Shown here: positions 55,452 through 58,580 of the stretch, in pieces | Numbering within the stretch: the stretch's first letter is position 1 | Layout of the letters: each line of letters starts with the position of its first letter | Assembly (NCBI GenBank): GCA_019247895.1 | Contig: JAFBAF010000353.1 | Coordinates: 1 to 58,580, forward strand | Direction: 5' to 3' | Source of the DNA: Parafilimonas sp. | Lineage (GTDB): Bacteria > Bacteroidota > Bacteroidia > Chitinophagales > Chitinophagaceae | Length of the DNA stretch: 58,580 nucleotides | The notes under the pieces: model-generated | The model's database searches: none | The model's input: the letters and a program-made list of their open reading frames with translations, nothing else | Told to the model about the DNA's origin: nothing | Made by a program: the position numbers and the translations under genes

Positions 55452-56606
55452 TTATTTTGCGAGTGAGCGGCCAATAACTATGCGCTGCACTTCGCTTGTT
55501 CCTTCATAAATCTGGGTGATTTTTGCATCTCTCATCATACGCTCTACGTGATACTCTTTTACGTAGCCGTAGCCCCCATGTATTTGAACGGCTTCTGTTG
55601 CAGCCCACATTGCTGTTTCTGACGCAAACACTTTTGCCATGGCTGAACTTATGGTGTAATCTTTACCAGAATCTTTATCTAATGCTGCCTTATAAACAAG
55701 CAGCCGGGCAGCTTCAGTTCGCGTTAACATGTCTGCCAGTTTAAATTGTATTGCCTGGTGGCTGATAATTTCTTTTCCAAAAGCCCTTCGCTGTTTGGAA
55801 TATTCCAACGATCTTTCATAAGCGCCGGCAGCAATGCCTAATGCCTGTGCAGCAATACCAATTCTGCCGCCATTTAAAACCTGCATGGCGAACTTAAATC
55901 CGAAACCATCTTTGCCTATCCTGTTTTCTTTGGGCACTTTTACATCGGTAAATTGAATAGAGTGTGTATCGCTGCCGCGAATGCCCATCTTATTTTCTTT
56001 TGCACCAACTGTTACGCCCGGCCAGTTTTTTTCAATAATTAATGCATTAATTCCTCTTGGTCCCTTCGATCGGTCAGTTTGTGCCATTGCGAGGTAAACA
56101 CTGGCGCTTGAACCGTTGGTTATCCAGTTTTTTGTTCCATTTACTAAATAATGATCGCCTTTATCTTCAGCAGTTGTATGTTGAGATGTTGCATCACTGC
56201 CTGCTTCCGGTTCGCTCAATAAAAATGCACCGATGTATAAATCATCATTTTTTTTACCTTGTGCCAAAGGTGTAAGATATTGTTGCTTTTGTTGTTCAGT
56301 TCCAAAAGCTTCCAACCCCCAACATACCAAACTGTTATTAACACTCATACAAACCGCTACGCTGGCATCTACTTTCGAAATTTCTTCCATTGCAATTACA
56401 TAACTAACCGTATCCATTCCTGAACCACCATATTTTGTACTAACCATCATGCCCATAAATCCCAGGTCTGCCAGTTGTAATATTTGTTCTTTTGGGAAAA
56501 TCATTTTTTCATCCCGTTCAATTACACCGGGCAAACATTCAGAATTGGCAAAATTACGGGCAGCTTGTTGTATCATTAACTGCTCTTCAGTTAGTTCAAA
56601 ATTCAT
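55452..56606 (-). CDS. Acyl-CoA dehydrogenase (short/branched-chain type)
   Basis: LSEPEAGSD, NGTKNWITN, KMGIRGS, RRAFG and QIHGGYGY...IYEGTSE. Confidence 0.95.
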   Translation of the reverse strand: MNFELTEEQLMIQQAARNFANSECLPGVIERDEKMIFPKEQILQLADLGFMGMMVSTKYGGSGMDTVSYVIAMEEISKVDASVAVCMSVNNSLVCWGLEAFGTEQQKQQYLTPLAQGKKNDDLYIGAFLLSEPEAGSDATSQHTTAEDKGDHYLVNGTKNWITNGSSASVYLAMAQTDRSKGPRGINALIIEKNWPGVTVGAKENKMGIRGSDTHSIQFTDVKVPKENRIGKDGFGFKFAMQVLNGGRIGIAAQALGIAAGAYERSLEYSKQRRAFGKEIISHQAIQFKLADMLTRTEAARLLVYKAALDKDSGKDYTISSAMAKVFASETAMWAATEAVQIHGGYGYVKEYHVERMMRDAKITQIYEGTSEVQRIVIGRSLAK

Positions 56607-56624
56607 AGAAGAAATTTATGCGCG

Positions 56625-56632
56625 CAAAAATA
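56625..56632 (-). promoter_or_regulatory. Primary-sigma -7 element for the acyl-CoA dehydrogenase gene
   Basis: TATTTTTG, about 20 nt upstream of the ATG. Confidence 0.65.
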
Positions 56633-57052
56633 AGCTAACGCTTGTAAGTTTTGTGTATAATTCTTTTATAATCCTTAAGCTCTAAACACAAATATCTGCA
56701 ATCAGGTAATTGCGTTGTCCCGTTAATTAATCATTCCGGAAATCCGCATCAAATTACACATTGCTCAACCAATTAATAAATTTGTAACAGATTTTTCTAC
56801 AAAACAAATGTATGCAAGTAATTTTTTGGTGACTCATGGCCTCTATCATTAAAGAGTAGTGCGTCTTTGTCTACTTCTTGTTTTTACATGAATAATTAAT
56901 CTTTGTAAGCAGGAGGCAGATCTTCGGGTATAATTCTTTTTTTAATAAACTTAAAATGTTTTAATTTTTGTTATTTAGGAATATAACTAATTTTATTGTT
57001 TATTACAACCAAAAGCTCAAAACTAAAGTCCTTAAATATCTCTGACCTAATC

Positions 57053-58580
57053 ATGCTAAAATTGTTTTCCTTTATTTATATAAAAAGTTTTATCAGCAAA
57101 AAAGGTATTCTGTCTATACTTCTTTTATTGATTTCAGGATGTGTTGTAACTGCCCAAACTCAAAAACCGAATATTATTTTAATCTTAACGGATGATATTG
57201 GATATAAAGCATTAACATGTAATGGCGGAAATTTGTATTCAACACCTAATGTTGATACGTTTGCAAAAGAAGGCATGCGTTTTACACAATGCCATTCAAC
57301 TCCTACCTGTTCACCATCGCGTATTACACTTTTAACCGGAAAATATAATTTTCGCAATTACACGGAATGGGGCGTTCTTGATCCTCACCAAAAAACCATC
57401 GGTAACATGATGCATGATGCCGGTTATAACACAGCATATTTTGGTAAAGATCAGTTAGATGGTGGTGGTATTTCTTTGCAAGACTTTGGATTTGATAATT
57501 ATATCGTGCATGGCCCGTTTACTTCCGGGCAATCTGGATCAACATACAAAAGCCCGCATTTATATACACACGGAGCTTTTTTGAATGATAATGTAACAGC
57601 AAATAAATACAGTGAAGATATTTTTACAGATTCGCTTATTGAGTTCATGAAGGGTAACACGAGGAATCCCTTTTTTATTTACTATCCTATGGTATTAGTG
57701 CACCAGCCTTTTTCACCAACTCCTGACGATGCTGCGTTTAATACGTGGACCACAGGTAATGAACATTATGATACTGCTTTTTTCCCTTCCATGGTGCATT
57801 ATATGGATAAAAAGATTGCCGAAATTTTATCAGTGGTAAAACAACTTGGAATTGACAGTAATACAGTAATCATTTTTACCAGCGATAATGGCACACCGCA
57901 TAATGTTTCAGATTATGCAAATGATGACGGAAATGTAGAGGGGGGAAAAAGCTTTACTACGGAATTAGGTATTCATGTACCATTATTGGTAAGATGGCCT
58001 GGTACCGTAAAACAAGGTGCTGTTAATAATGACCTGGTTTCGCTTACCGATTTATTACCAACTATTGCGGATATAGCCGGCATTCAACTGCCGGATTTTG
58101 GACCCTTTGATGGTGTAAGCTTTGCGCCGCGATTATACGGAGATCAGGGTAATCCGGGAAGTTCACTATACTATTATTATTATCCGCATCCAAACGATGA
58201 CAGGTTTAATGAATGGCCGGTAAGATGGGCACAAACTTCAGAGTACAAATTATATGATACTTCACAAGGGTCAAAAGACCGGCGGTTTTATAATATAACA
58301 AAAGATTCGAATGAAACGCACCCAATTCCGGATGACTTACTTACCCCAGCTGAAATAACTATCAAACAACAATTGCTGGATAAAATAACATTATACCTGC
58401 AAAGGGGGCAAGCGCTTTTATTTGATCCGAAACAATCCTCAATAACAGATTCTTCTGCAACCATCATTAATTCTATTGCATTAGATGGAGGATCAACAAT
58501 AACCGCCAGCGGAGTAGCTTGGAGCCAGGATTCAAATAAAATTTATCTCTTGAGCAATCATACTTCAAACAACGTATGCA
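57053..58580 (+). CDS. Cys-type (S1) sulfatase with C-terminal extension, 3' end outside window
   Basis: Translated by hand from ATG 57053: signal peptide, KPNIILILTDDIG, formylglycine motif CSPSR..LLTG, FTSDNG, and GIHVPLLVRWPG. It is absent from the ORF track because it has no stop in the window. Confidence 0.9.
   Translation, partial: MLKLFSFIYIKSFISKKGILSILLLLISGCVVTAQTQKPNIILILTDDIGYKALTCNGGNLYSTPNVDTFAKEGMRFTQCHSTPTCSPSRITLLTGKYNFRNYTEWGVLDPHQKTIGNMMHDAGYNTAYFGKDQLDGGGISLQDFGFDNYIVHGPFTSGQSGSTYKSPHLYTHGAFLNDNVTANKYSEDIFTDSLIEFMKGNTRNPFFIYYPMVLVHQPFSPTPDDAAFNTWTTGNEHYDTAFFPSMVHYMDKKIAEILSVVKQLGIDSNTVIIFTSDNGTPHNVSDYANDDGNVEGGKSFTTELGIHVPLLVRWPGTVKQGAVNNDLVSLTDLLPTIADIAGIQLPDFGPFDGVSFAPRLYGDQGNPGSSLYYYYYPHPNDDRFNEWPVRWAQTSEYKLYDTSQGSKDRRFYNITKDSNETHPIPDDLLTPAEITIKQQLLDKITLYLQRGQALLFDPKQSSITDSSATIINSIALDGGSTITASGVAWSQDSNKIYLLSNHTSNNVC

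Noticed and set aside
56808-56852. 14-aa ORF MYASNFLVTHGLYH after a TAAATTTG element
   Set aside because: No compositional signal or attenuator structure; ORFs this short are expected by chance.

Overview
This AT-rich 58.6-kb window looks like core chromosome from a Bacteroidota bacterium, most likely family Chitinophagaceae. That assignment is inferred from TAnnTTTG promoters, fused LpxC/FabZ, PorX and a T9SS cargo protein. Housekeeping genes include proS, etfBA, rpsL-rpsG, ilvE, rdgB, korA, fmt, lipA, tRNA-Leu(TAG), tig, the lpx cluster, porX, a DnaQ-like exonuclease and an acyl-CoA dehydrogenase. They are interspersed with envelope and secreted-protein genes. I saw no transposase, integrase, prophage, rRNA or CRISPR array. 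The least explained signals are: (1) a ~50-70 bp intergenic element in three sense-oriented copies, with an invariant 18-nt core, a covarying hairpin and peptide-sized reading frames; (2) a secreted caspase-family protease next to an output-less TPR membrane receptor and a tiny lipoprotein; (3) a REC / REC-adenylate cyclase / HD-YitT fusion operon; (4) a consensus sigma-54 promoter for rlpA and a related 26-nt motif shared by two unrelated operons; (5) two small genes missed by the ORF track. All calls come from reading the sequence and recognising motifs; no searches were run.
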